Source: Barthelona sp. PCE
Taxonomy: Eukaryota
Direction of reading: 5' to 3'
Assembly (NCBI GenBank): GCA_040285745.1
Contig: JAUFOR010000006.1
Coordinates: 558,001 to 622,000, forward strand
Length of the DNA: 64,000 nucleotides
This document shows, piece after piece, positions 10,638-21,200 of this stretch (within the stretch, counting starts at the first letter, position 1; each line of letters opens with the position of its first letter). The notes beneath the pieces are model-generated. The model searched no databases and was not told the origin of the DNA. It saw nothing but the letters and a program-made list of their open reading frames with translations. A program made the translations under genes and the position numbers.

Positions 10638-11291
10638 ATGGATGAACACGCACATTCACCACCAAAACTTACTAAAATAGCGCTCAATTTTGCCTTTTGG
10701 AACATATTATTTCCTCATCTTTACTATTTCTTTCTATTTTTGATTGAATATCGTTTTTTTGAAACTTCTACATTCGCTAACTGGAGTGTCATTGCCAAAC
10801 TAGCCCTTTTTTTGCGTATTTTGGAAAATTTGTACAAAAACACATATCATTCAATTCGTAGAGGTATAAAATCTCAGAACAACAGCTCATCACACAGACA
10901 TACAATCCAAATAACGCCAACAGTACTACATTCTATGGGTATAAATCCAGAATATTTTCGCTTGCATCGCATGTTAATGACCAGAGATTTAACACCTCAA
11001 GACTATGAGCTCCTCGAACAACTCGACTCGGTAGATCCCGTAAATCGAGGCTTACCTCAATATATGATTAACATGTTACCATGTTTTCCTTACATACCAA
11101 GTAGTTCAAGCAATGAATGTATTGTTTGTTTCAGTGGGTATACGGAGAACGAGCAGGTCATCAGCTTACCATGCCTTCATAAATTTCATAAAGAGTGTAT
11201 TGAACAGTGGTTAAATGTTCAACCTAACTGTCCTATTTGTCATTTTGATGTTAAAGGGCACTTTACTGGTGGCGAAGCTATATCTATTTAG
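10638..11291 (+). CDS. RING-H2 E3 ubiquitin ligase with N-terminal hydrophobic segment
   Basis: YELLEQLD...RGL, then CIVC...LPCLHKFHKECIEQWL....CPIC. Confidence 0.9.
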   Translation: MDEHAHSPPKLTKIALNFAFWNILFPHLYYFFLFLIEYRFFETSTFANWSVIAKLALFLRILENLYKNTYHSIRRGIKSQNNSSSHRHTIQITPTVLHSMGINPEYFRLHRMLMTRDLTPQDYELLEQLDSVDPVNRGLPQYMINMLPCFPYIPSSSSNECIVCFSGYTENEQVISLPCLHKFHKECIEQWLNVQPNCPICHFDVKGHFTGGEAISI

Positions 11292-11615
11292 CACAACACA
11301 GATAAACTTATTGTAAATAGCAGTTCATTGTTGTGAATTGCAGGGTCACTATCCGACGATTTGTCCCAATTCCACACAGTTTTTCAGTCTCTATGCCTTA
11401 TATGGGTTGCTTGCAAACGAGTGAAAACAATTAATAAGGTGTTTTCAAAAAAATTTTTTATATCAACGTATGAATGCTTTTGGCATTTAAAAGTATCGAA
11501 TACAACTACTATGCTTCATAGTTCTCGTAATAAACCTGAGCGCGCAATGAACAAAAGTAAAGCTAACACGCTTTTTCTATTTTTACTCTTTCTTTCGCTT
11601 GAAAATCACTGTAAC

Positions 11616-13327
11616 ATGCAGCCAGGTGACGCAAGTGGTGTAATGATGACTCACGATGAGTATGGACGTCCATACATCATTCTAAGAGAGCAACTCAACA
11701 AACAGCGCAAAACAGGCGTTGAAGCTTCAAGAGTACGTTTATGCTCACTGAATTTGCACTTAGCGTGTGCTTTTGGTGATTTTTCTCAGATTTTTCTTAC
11801 TTTTAGGAGAATATCATGGCTGCTTCAGTCATTGGTAACCTTATGAAGAGCTCATTAGGTCCTCGTGGACTTGACAAGATGTTACTGGACTCTCAAGGTC
11901 AAAACGTAACAATCACCAATGATGGTGCCACTATCCTTGAGAACCTCGATCTCTCAAACCAGATCAGTAAGCTTCTGGTTGAGCTGAGCACATGTCAGGA
12001 CGATGAGATTGGTGATGGAACAACTGGTGTTGTTGTTCTTGCCTGCGCTTTGCTTGAAGAAGCTGCTAAGCTCTTTGAGAAGGGTATCCACCCCGTTAGA
12101 ATCGCTGACGGTTACGATGAAGCATGTAAGATTGCTGTTCAACGTCTTGAAGAAATCTCTGATATTGTTCCTTTTGGTCCTGACAACATTGAACCTCTTC
12201 TTCGTACTGCTAAAACTACTCTTTCCTCAAAGATTGTCAACAAGCATCTCGATCAAATGGCTCAGATTGCTGTTGACGCTGTACTTTCCGTGGCTGATTT
12301 GGAAGAAAAGGATGTTAACTTTGACCTTATCAAGGTCGAAGGTAAGGCCGGTGGTAAGATGAGTGATACCCGTGTTGTTGAAGGTATTGTTCTTGATAAC
12401 AAGACTTTCTCTCACCCTCAAATGACTAAAGAAATTGAGGAAGCCAAAATCTGTATCCTTTCATGTCCTTTTGAACCTCCTAAGCCCAAGATTAAGCATT
12501 TTATTGAAGTTGAGAACGCTGAACAGTACAAGGACTTGATTGCTTATGAGTCAGAGTATTTCCAGAAGATGGTTCAACAAGTCAAGGATTCTGGTGCTGA
12601 TGTCGTTGTTTGTCAATGGGGTTTCGATGATGAGGCTAACCATCTGCTTATGCAAAACAACCTTCCTTCTATTCGTTGGGTTGGTGGTGCCGAGCTTGAA
12701 TTAGTCGCTATCGCAACTGATGCTCGTATTATTCCTCGTTTCGAAGAAATTTCTCCTGATAAGCTCGGTACATGTAAGGTTATTCGTGAAGACAGCGTTG
12801 GTACTCAAAACGATTCTATGATTGTCTTAGAAGGTTGCCCTAATCACAAGGCTATTACTGTCATGGTTCGCGGTGGTAACGCTATGATTATCGATGAAAT
12901 TAAGCGTTCTTTGCATGATGCTATGTGTGTTACCCGTAACCTCATTAAGGATAACCGTATTGTTTTCGGTGGTGGTTCTTGTGAGATTGCCATGGGTATC
13001 GCCGTTTCTGAAGCTGCTGATTCTCATACTGGTATCGAGCAATACGCTCTTCGTGCCTTTGCTGACGCTCTTGAACAAGTTCCCGCTTCTCTTGCTACTA
13101 ACTCTGGTCTTCCTGCTATTGAAACTTTAACTGAAGTCAGAGCAACACAGTTGAAGGAGAACAACCCTGTCCTTGGTATTGATTGCCTTCAGAAGGGTAC
13201 TTTAGATATGAGAGAACAGAATGTGTTCGAGGCATTAATTGGTAAGAAATCTCAAATTTTACTTGCTACTCAATTGGTAAGGATGATTCTGAAGATCGGT
13301 ACCGTTGTCAGCCCTAGTGAGATCTAA
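11616..13327 (+). CDS. CCT5: T-complex protein 1 subunit epsilon; exons 11616-11732 and 11807-13327
   Basis: Exon 1 encodes the conserved [13 protein letters not shown]. Exon 2 has [28 protein letters not shown] and [13 protein letters not shown]. The splice joins ...EASR|ENIMAA. Confidence 0.97.
11733..11806 (+). other. Spliceosomal intron, 74 nt (GTACGT...TTCTTACTTTTAG)
   Basis: GT/AG ends; phase-0 removal fuses two ORFs in different frames into a full-length CCT5 N-terminus. Confidence 0.92.
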
Positions 13328-13504
13328 TTTTGTGCCAGTCGCAATAATAAAGCAAGACGATTTATTTTTCTTTGTGTTTTACCGTTAAAAAACTAAATAA
13401 ACCTGTTGTATGGACTTGTATATGTAGTTGAAAGCGTATGAACTCTTTAGAACAATAGTACTCCTATGTTGAACTCATTCAATTTTTTCATACCATTTCG
13501 TTCA

Positions 13505-15520
13505 ATGTCAGACCCAAGAGTCGATATTGAAAATCAACAAGTGAAGCCAACCAACCTGGACAATCAAATTTGGTCAGGATACCTGGAGAAGCGTGGAGGC
13601 ATGTTTGCTCAGTTCAAAAACAGATTTTTTGTACTTTGTGAGGATTATATTGTCTACTTCAAGAACGAGACATCGTCACTCAATGGTGCTATTCCTCTTC
13701 AGGATCTCCAAGTACATTACAATCCCCTTGTTAAGGAGCTCACACTTGTAAGCCCTTTCCCACGTCATGTTGGTAAGGGTGATGAACAAAGTATCTTTTA
13801 TCTGCGCGGAGAGAATGCCAAGACCATCTACGGTCATCTATGTGATTTGCTTTTTGATGTTAAGAAGGAAGAGGATGAACTGCCCATCATGCAAACTCCT
13901 ACCAAGCGTGTGCGTGCTGAGACAACTGTCGTTCCCGCCACCCCATCCGTCAATTCCTTAGGTGAACCTTTAGATGAGATGGCAACCCCAATTTATTTAA
14001 CTTATATTTGTTTACCATCTCGCTCAATTTACGCTTTTTATGTCGTGCGTATTGGTGAGTATGTTGCGATTGTTGACACTGGTTGCCATTGCGTACCTCA
14101 TCAGCATATTCAAGAACTTTTAATGAGTAGTGAATATCTACTTAAAGGTGCAAAAGAAGTTGAGCTTTATATTACTCATGATCATGAGGATCATAACGGC
14201 TACACTCGTCAACTGCGCCCAATCTTCAATGAAATGCAAGAGAACGGTGAAATCAAATTTGAATTCATTGAACGTGAGCATGCTGGTGAAGACTGGAACA
14301 CACTTCGTGACAATGATGAGTGGGAGAGCGTTCGTATCGCCCCGGCGTACTTTGAGTCATGTGCTATTGCTAAGAGCCGTCGCACTGGATATCGGTGCTT
14401 TGTTCGTGACTACAATGATGGTCACCCTTTCAAGACCACCATTTATATTCCTCCACCAAAAGCAACTGAGTCAGACAACACCAATCTTGAATCTTTTGCT
14501 GTCGAGTTCGAAGTTAAAATGAAGGATGAGACTAAGGAGCCTTATCGTTGTTTCTTAGCTGGTGATATGGATTTTGTCAAGGTTATGCGCCCTTTTAGTC
14601 ACGCTCACTTCAGTGCGGTTGATTATCTAGTGCAATCTCATCACGGCTCAAAGAATTATACGTCAGTTGATAAATACGCTGCTCTGCCGTGTGATTTTGC
14701 CTTTGCTCCATGCGGACAATTCGGTAAAACTGATTACTACGTTGACGAAGCTCCCCTGAGTGATATGCGCCTTGCCATGGCTGGTTCAAATCGAAAGAAC
14801 GACGGTGAGAACTATGGTGCTTTCACTGACTCTATGCATTCTGTCTGGTTCAATGTTGGGTATGATGGCAAGAACAACTGGACGAACGAGCTGACAGCCG
14901 AACAGGTCAGAGAACGCGGTATCAGTTGTATTCTGCGCCAAGTTCGCATGCGTTCGCGTATGCTTTGGAAATGTAAGGGATGTAAGAAGAGTGATCCATG
15001 TCTTTGTCCCGAAAAGTGCAAGTGGAACCTCTCATTTGATGACTGTGATGCACACACACTTCTCAACAACATTGACAAGGCAGTTATGGAAGACCCTACA
15101 CCTTTACTTGAGGCATTGGGTATGGAAGCACTCCCTTCTCGTGTCAAGACCGGGTATGAGCTGTATCTAAACATTTTGAAGGGCTTGTATGCTGATCATT
15201 TCGGAGATGCTGGCAGTAATAACCCTTCAGTTACTATGTTAAGAGAGTTATTAGAAGAAGGTGTCACTTATCATGAATATGAATTTGCTGAGAATACTCC
15301 CTCACTTCATGTATCCGCTTATGCTTGCCCCAGTCAGCTTGATGCATTTGTATGTGCCTTAACCCATCGTGGCTTTGTTAATGGGTTTATGGTCAGACGT
15401 ACTAACGATACTCAACAGTTTGAGTCTCCACGTGGCAAGATGCCCATGTCTCCTGCAAAGAAAATTAAGGTTGTTAAAGGTAAGTATGGACGTAAGATTC
15501 CAGAAATCCTTTCTCGTTAA
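13505..15520 (+). CDS. PH domain + ComEC/Rec2-like metallo-beta-lactamase domain + Cys-rich segment
   Basis: PH: SGYLEKRGG....KNRFFVL....IVYFK......GAIPL. MBL: IVDTG, THDHEDH, NLES, LAGDM, SHHGSKN. Then CKGC....CLC...C. Confidence 0.8.
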   Translation: MSDPRVDIENQQVKPTNLDNQIWSGYLEKRGGMFAQFKNRFFVLCEDYIVYFKNETSSLNGAIPLQDLQVHYNPLVKELTLVSPFPRHVGKGDEQSIFYLRGENAKTIYGHLCDLLFDVKKEEDELPIMQTPTKRVRAETTVVPATPSVNSLGEPLDEMATPIYLTYICLPSRSIYAFYVVRIGEYVAIVDTGCHCVPHQHIQELLMSSEYLLKGAKEVELYITHDHEDHNGYTRQLRPIFNEMQENGEIKFEFIEREHAGEDWNTLRDNDEWESVRIAPAYFESCAIAKSRRTGYRCFVRDYNDGHPFKTTIYIPPPKATESDNTNLESFAVEFEVKMKDETKEPYRCFLAGDMDFVKVMRPFSHAHFSAVDYLVQSHHGSKNYTSVDKYAALPCDFAFAPCGQFGKTDYYVDEAPLSDMRLAMAGSNRKNDGENYGAFTDSMHSVWFNVGYDGKNNWTNELTAEQVRERGISCILRQVRMRSRMLWKCKGCKKSDPCLCPEKCKWNLSFDDCDAHTLLNNIDKAVMEDPTPLLEALGMEALPSRVKTGYELYLNILKGLYADHFGDAGSNNPSVTMLRELLEEGVTYHEYEFAENTPSLHVSAYACPSQLDAFVCALTHRGFVNGFMVRRTNDTQQFESPRGKMPMSPAKKIKVVKGKYGRKIPEILSR

Positions 15521-15671
15521 TTTCTTTTGTTTTTTTCCTTTGTTTGTGGTATATTTTTTTTCCTTTTATCATCATCGTCATTTAATCTTTAATCCTTAAC
15601 CCCATTTTTTTAGTAAAGTGTAATTTCTAGTTATTGCTCATTTTAACTTCTCTTTCTCCATTTTTTTAATT

Positions 15672-17936
15672 ATGAATATCGAGTTCACCCCATTGAGTGT
15701 GTTCCCGGGCATTGAATTTGATTTTGATCTCCTTTACGAAGAATTAGGAGATGTTTTTCCAGAATACTATGAAGAGATTGAGCATATCACTGAATTCAAG
15801 GATTTTATCACAACTGATGGGCCCCTTGTACTGTCTGAAGCCGATCAATTAGCTGTTGCAGCACTCCAGCAATTTTTGGAGCTTAATTGGGTCTCACCGT
15901 ATTATGAACCCGAATATATAATGCTCAACGCTGACCCTGACATCCTTGGCGCCGAATTTCACTCCCCTTGGCCTAGTACACGTTCGTTGGGTTCCCTCAT
16001 TTTGGCACTTGGTTTAACCAATGAATCTCGAGATGATATCACACAAATGTCATTAATTACCCGTTTCAGGGCACTTATGTGTCTCCAGCGCATTCTCCCA
16101 TCCGAGTCGAAACAAGTTTTCGATGAGTTAGAACGTGTTGTTGCACTCATAGAATTGAATTCACTTTCACAGATTCCCAGAGCTGCACTAATGTTTGAAC
16201 AGTTCTGGTTCCATGTATGGTACCATAACATCGACTATGCAGAGGAGAAATTTTTTGCATTATGTGATTTGCTGAATGTGAAAATAACCAAGCAGGTTAT
16301 CACTGGACAGTTTTCTTCAAAAGGTGCGCAGGAACAAAATAGAGTGCACATTAAATTGAGTGCACCAAAATTCTTGTATGACATTGACATTGAGGAAGAA
16401 TCATTATTAATGCCATATGAAAAGAGCGAGTTTGATCCACGGTTGCTTGAAGAATTCGCAAAGATGGATGAGTTCGAGCCTCTTGGTGTGTTCCTATCTG
16501 CCCTTATGTGCGCTTATTCCACTATGTTGGAAAAAAGCAGGACAAAGTCTCAGATTAGGGATAATGAGCGACTAAGTGCGTTGTTACGGATCATTGCCTG
16601 CCCGAAATCCCATTGGTCAAACTTAAAGGCGCAGCTCGCAGCAGCAGCAATTGATTCAGATAGGCCGTTGATCGCAGAAAGATATTGTTGTCAGTTTGAA
16701 GTTGCTGAAAAATGGTATCAGAAAACACAGAATATATCACACAAAGATAAGTGGAATGGTTTATTGATAACAGGTACTTCTTCATTTTCTGAATTTGTTA
16801 TGGCCCTTGCTAATGAAAACTTTAGACTTGGTGCTTATGGTTATTCACTCAAATTTTACAAAGATTTGGATAATATACAAAAGATGGCTGAATGTCAAAT
16901 TCTAATCCAGGATGAAGATTCTGCAAGAGATACACTTCTTGAATGTATTGATAAATTTAAAGGTCGAAAACAAGCTGAAGCATATCATTCAATGGGGAAA
17001 ATTTCGGACGACGAGGATTTTTACCGTTCTGCCATAGAGGTTTGGCCCAGGTATGCCCCATCACACTTCAAACTGGGTGAAGGTGCCATGCGCCGTAAGG
17101 ATAATGAGGTTGGATTGCAGCACATGCAAGCTGGTGCTGAAATTGCACCTTTCCATGCTGGTGTCTTTTTCAGTATTGGTTATCTGCACATGCAGGCACA
17201 ACGCTTTACAGAGGGTACGTCTGCATTCCGTCGCTCAGTGGAGCTCGATCCCACCGTAGCGGATGCCTGGGCAAATCTAGCAATGTGTTTCATGTACGAC
17301 AATAAGTTGGCAGAGGCACATGTAGCTATCAGGCAGGCCACACATCACTGTGTCCGTAACCAACAGATCTGGAAGCAATTTGCAGTTATTTCTTGTGAAT
17401 TGAGGACAGTTACAGATTGTGTTCGTGCGTTAATTCAGTTGATCTCAGAGCACTCATTTATATTCATTGCTGTTCTTGAAAAGCTCATACATATATTTGA
17501 GTGTAACCTGCCAACAACAACTGTCGACGGTTATGAAGCACTCAAGAACAATCTTCCCTTGGTATTTAAGAGTGTTGAAAAGCACACTACCCCTGACCAC
17601 CGGTTCCATGCATGTGTGTCCCGTTATGAGGCTGCCATTGGTGCAGAACACCGCGCTTTGTTCAGTCAGTTGAAGAGATTGGGCAGCTTGATGGGCTCGG
17701 ATTGGTCTAATGTAGTTGAGTTGTGTGACAAGGTCATTGAGACCGTGGAGCGCATCGAGGAGCTCGTTACATCAGAGGACATTGAGATCTCCAATGATTT
17801 TGCCAGTATGATAAGGGTATCTGTTCAGCCAATTGCACAGAAAGCAACGACGAATATTATGAATGATGACATCACGAAGAAGCTCAATGATGCTGTTGCA
17901 AGTATCACTCATCACATTCAACAGAATTACCAATAA
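15672..17936 (+). CDS. TTC27: Tetratricopeptide repeat protein, TTC27/Emw1-like
   Basis: LQQFLELNWVSP N-terminal motif; TPRs such as FFSIG...AFRRSVELDP..ADAWANLA and NQQIWKQF. Confidence 0.75.
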   Translation: MNIEFTPLSVFPGIEFDFDLLYEELGDVFPEYYEEIEHITEFKDFITTDGPLVLSEADQLAVAALQQFLELNWVSPYYEPEYIMLNADPDILGAEFHSPWPSTRSLGSLILALGLTNESRDDITQMSLITRFRALMCLQRILPSESKQVFDELERVVALIELNSLSQIPRAALMFEQFWFHVWYHNIDYAEEKFFALCDLLNVKITKQVITGQFSSKGAQEQNRVHIKLSAPKFLYDIDIEEESLLMPYEKSEFDPRLLEEFAKMDEFEPLGVFLSALMCAYSTMLEKSRTKSQIRDNERLSALLRIIACPKSHWSNLKAQLAAAAIDSDRPLIAERYCCQFEVAEKWYQKTQNISHKDKWNGLLITGTSSFSEFVMALANENFRLGAYGYSLKFYKDLDNIQKMAECQILIQDEDSARDTLLECIDKFKGRKQAEAYHSMGKISDDEDFYRSAIEVWPRYAPSHFKLGEGAMRRKDNEVGLQHMQAGAEIAPFHAGVFFSIGYLHMQAQRFTEGTSAFRRSVELDPTVADAWANLAMCFMYDNKLAEAHVAIRQATHHCVRNQQIWKQFAVISCELRTVTDCVRALIQLISEHSFIFIAVLEKLIHIFECNLPTTTVDGYEALKNNLPLVFKSVEKHTTPDHRFHACVSRYEAAIGAEHRALFSQLKRLGSLMGSDWSNVVELCDKVIETVERIEELVTSEDIEISNDFASMIRVSVQPIAQKATTNIMNDDITKKLNDAVASITHHIQQNYQ

Positions 17937-18246
17937 AAAGCCCAAGTTTTGTATTGCCTTTGTTCTTCCTTTTACTTTGGTCTTGTTTTTCTGAAGGGCG
18001 TTTTATTGCACACCATGCCAATTGAAAGAGTCCCTGTCCTGGGGTTGCAGTTGGGTGGCAGATTTTGAATTTGAGATGGGCATCTTATCCTATGACGGTG
18101 ATAATAGTTTTGACTTAGAAACAAGAACTATTAACGTTATTGATTTCTTTCTGGATTGTGAGAACTTGAAATTTGTTTAACATACTTAATTAACAATGTC
18201 TTATTTCGTAGGTGTTAATAAATGCATTTTGAAAGATAATCTATGT

Positions 18247-21200
18247 TTACTTTGATTTCATATCCCAAACTGTTGATGTGGGGTTGAGGTTCTCTCGCAG
18301 AATCTTCTTAATACGCTCATTCATGACAATTGACGGACCATCATTGGGGTCAACCTCGAGCGCCTTTTCGAAAAACGCAGCTGCAGGTACCCAATGTTTT
18401 CTACGATATAGATCAAGACCAGTTGCGTAACAACTCAACACCTCGACCTTAGGCCGTGATAAACGAGCTGTTGAAGGTGCAATAAGTTCAAAAATTCGTT
18501 CTGGATGACGTTTTCCAATAACACGAATGACATCCAGCTCACGGACAATAAAGCTGTTCTTAACCTGCTTGTATGTACTCTCACTAATAACGCATGTTAC
18601 ACCATAAGCTTTAGTAACACCTTCAAGACGAGAAGCAAGGTTTACCGTATCTCCAATCACTGTGTATTCCAAACGACGGATGCAACCAATGTTACCCGAC
18701 AGTACAGTACCTGTTGAGATACCAATACCGACTTTGATTGGAATTTTCCCGACTTCTTCACGTTCTTCGTTAAACTTCTTAAGATCATCTAAAATCTTAA
18801 AAACAACCTTACAAGCACGCACACTGTCATCGAGGGATGGGATGGGAACGCCCCACACTGCCATCACTGCGTCACCAATGAACTTATCGAGAACACCACG
18901 TTCAGCAAAGATTGCGTCAACGACGAACGTAAAGTACTCATTGAGCATCTTAACAATATCCTCAGCGTCCATGCCCTCGGAGATCTTTGTGTATGAACGG
19001 ATATCAGCAAAGAATACAGTTGCAATTTGTCGATTACCACCCAGTTTCAAATTGTCAACAGAGACAACCTGAGAAGCGACAGAGCTCGATAGATATCTAG
19101 AAAGGGTCTGCATGATCTTACGTTGTGTGGAGATATCTTCAATCATGACCAAAAGACCTTTGAAGACGGATCCATCAAAAACTGATTGGATCTTGTAATT
19201 GACGGTTTTACCGTTAATCTCAAACTCACGGTATTGGTAAGGCTGTCCAGATGGAGAGGGGGACTCTAAGAACCTGCCTACATCCCAGCTCAGCATTGAG
19301 AAATTTGCCAAAACTTCAACCACAGGATCCGACAACCGGTCTTTTGTGATTTCCAAGAACTGCAATAGTGAACTGTTATAGTTCTGCAGGTATCCGTTCT
19401 CATCGATCCAGAGGACATGCTCGCTTGTGTTATTCAGAACTGCGTTGAGATACATTTCGAAAGTCCTACCAGCCTTTGCCAAATTATACAAATGATGTTT
19501 GAACAAAGCATACCGTAAAATATGATTGAAAAACAGGCCAAGATGCAGGTCATTGTCTCCGAATGATACGGTCCTGCCGTATACCAGAAGACAACCAACA
19601 ACAACAGGCTCAAAGGTCCTACCTCCCACTGACGGGTCGCAGTAACTGATTGGTAAGCTAAAGTAATTGTTTAGAAGGCCGTCTCCAAACCACTGCGCGA
19701 ACCGATGGCGGCTCAGCATCTCCTCTGAATCATCATTTATAAGCACGGTTTCTCCATTGTACAATGATCTTTGAATGAATCCGAGATAACTGTCACTAAT
19801 GTTGATAGCAGCATGCTTATCCTCCAACACCTCGTTAGATAGATCCTCGGGGAAGACTACCATAACGTTTTTGTCTTGTGGAGTTGGAGCCGTGAAATCA
19901 TCACCAGATGTAAGGTATGTGAACTCTGTGATACGTTCCTTGAGCACAGTATCCGTGCGTAACGCGACGCATGCGTTGTCGCACCCAATAATCTTGCGTA
20001 CGTGAAACAAGACATGTTGGATGAAAGTGACCAGATCATGATTTTCCAAATCAGCGCATAGTTGGGCTCCTAGCTCAGTAAGAGCAAACGTATCACTCAA
20101 GACAACCTTCTCTGTCGCAATGACATCGGATGAAGACTGTCTGTGAAGGGGACTAACTCCAAACGCTAAACCTGGCTGGAACATACTTTGGATCTGATTA
20201 CTAACTGCTGTTCCTGCACTGGTTGTGCTGTCAGAATCCCGCAACTCGCCCTGTGACGATGTGCGTGATAGTGTTGAAGAAGCGTTCGTTAGGGCTGACC
20301 CAATTACGCGACGCCAGACTTGAATAACCTCTTTCCTCGATTCAATCTTTTGCTTCCGTATCAAGGATTCGTTTCGCTTCTTTCGTTCGTCAGCAAACAC
20401 ATCCATGGAAACAGTGTTGGCAAGAGTAAGTGCGTGCTCTATAACCGACTGTGCGAATCGCATTGACATTGGCTTGTGATTGCAATTGATGACAGGGGAA
20501 TGGATCTCGGGTTCGAAAATCATGAGTGTAATAGATAAACAATTTTCTCTGCGATAACGGGTGTTAAAACACTGAGCCTCGTCACCTATGCTACGTAGAT
20601 GTTCAATGATCTTGGTATTGTTTGTTCTAAACAGCTCACCCATATTAACTTTCCCAGTCGAGATGTATATACCAAGATCAAACTTCTTATTGCTAAGTTC
20701 CTTTGGTATCACATGCTTTAAAAGAGAAAGTGCAACACCTTGAGCATGATTAATCTTAACCATCTGTGAACGAGTCGCATCAGAGAAATTACTGACTTTT
20801 TCAGCCAAATCTTGATCTATTAGAGCAGTAAAGTCAATTAAGTTATCCTGAGGTTCAATACCATTCAAAAGCCCAATCAAAGAATCTTGCTGGGCAGAGA
20901 CAGCATCGGTACACGCTCCTGATTCCATATCAGTGGAAACAATATTTCCCTCTTGGTCAACAGGTTGTAATTCTCCAGGGTCAACATCTGAGAATTCACT
21001 ATCTATTGAATTATTACGCGTAAAGTTCGATATTTGACTTGCGATACTCGTCTTGCGATAATCTTGTTTCTTTTGCACTGTCGGAACCGTTGTAGTAACA
21101 GAATTAATCTGATTTGCAATGAGAGAGCTAGATGGAGACATTGTTTTTGTTGTCTGTTGAACGTCCTTCTCAACGTTTCCCTCTTGCATTAACCATAAAG

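Noticed and set aside
11361-11615. 5' part of the listed 161-aa ORF 11361..11846
   Set aside because: Only 11616-11732 is coding (CCT5 exon 1); the rest is upstream or intron sequence read through from a TTG start.
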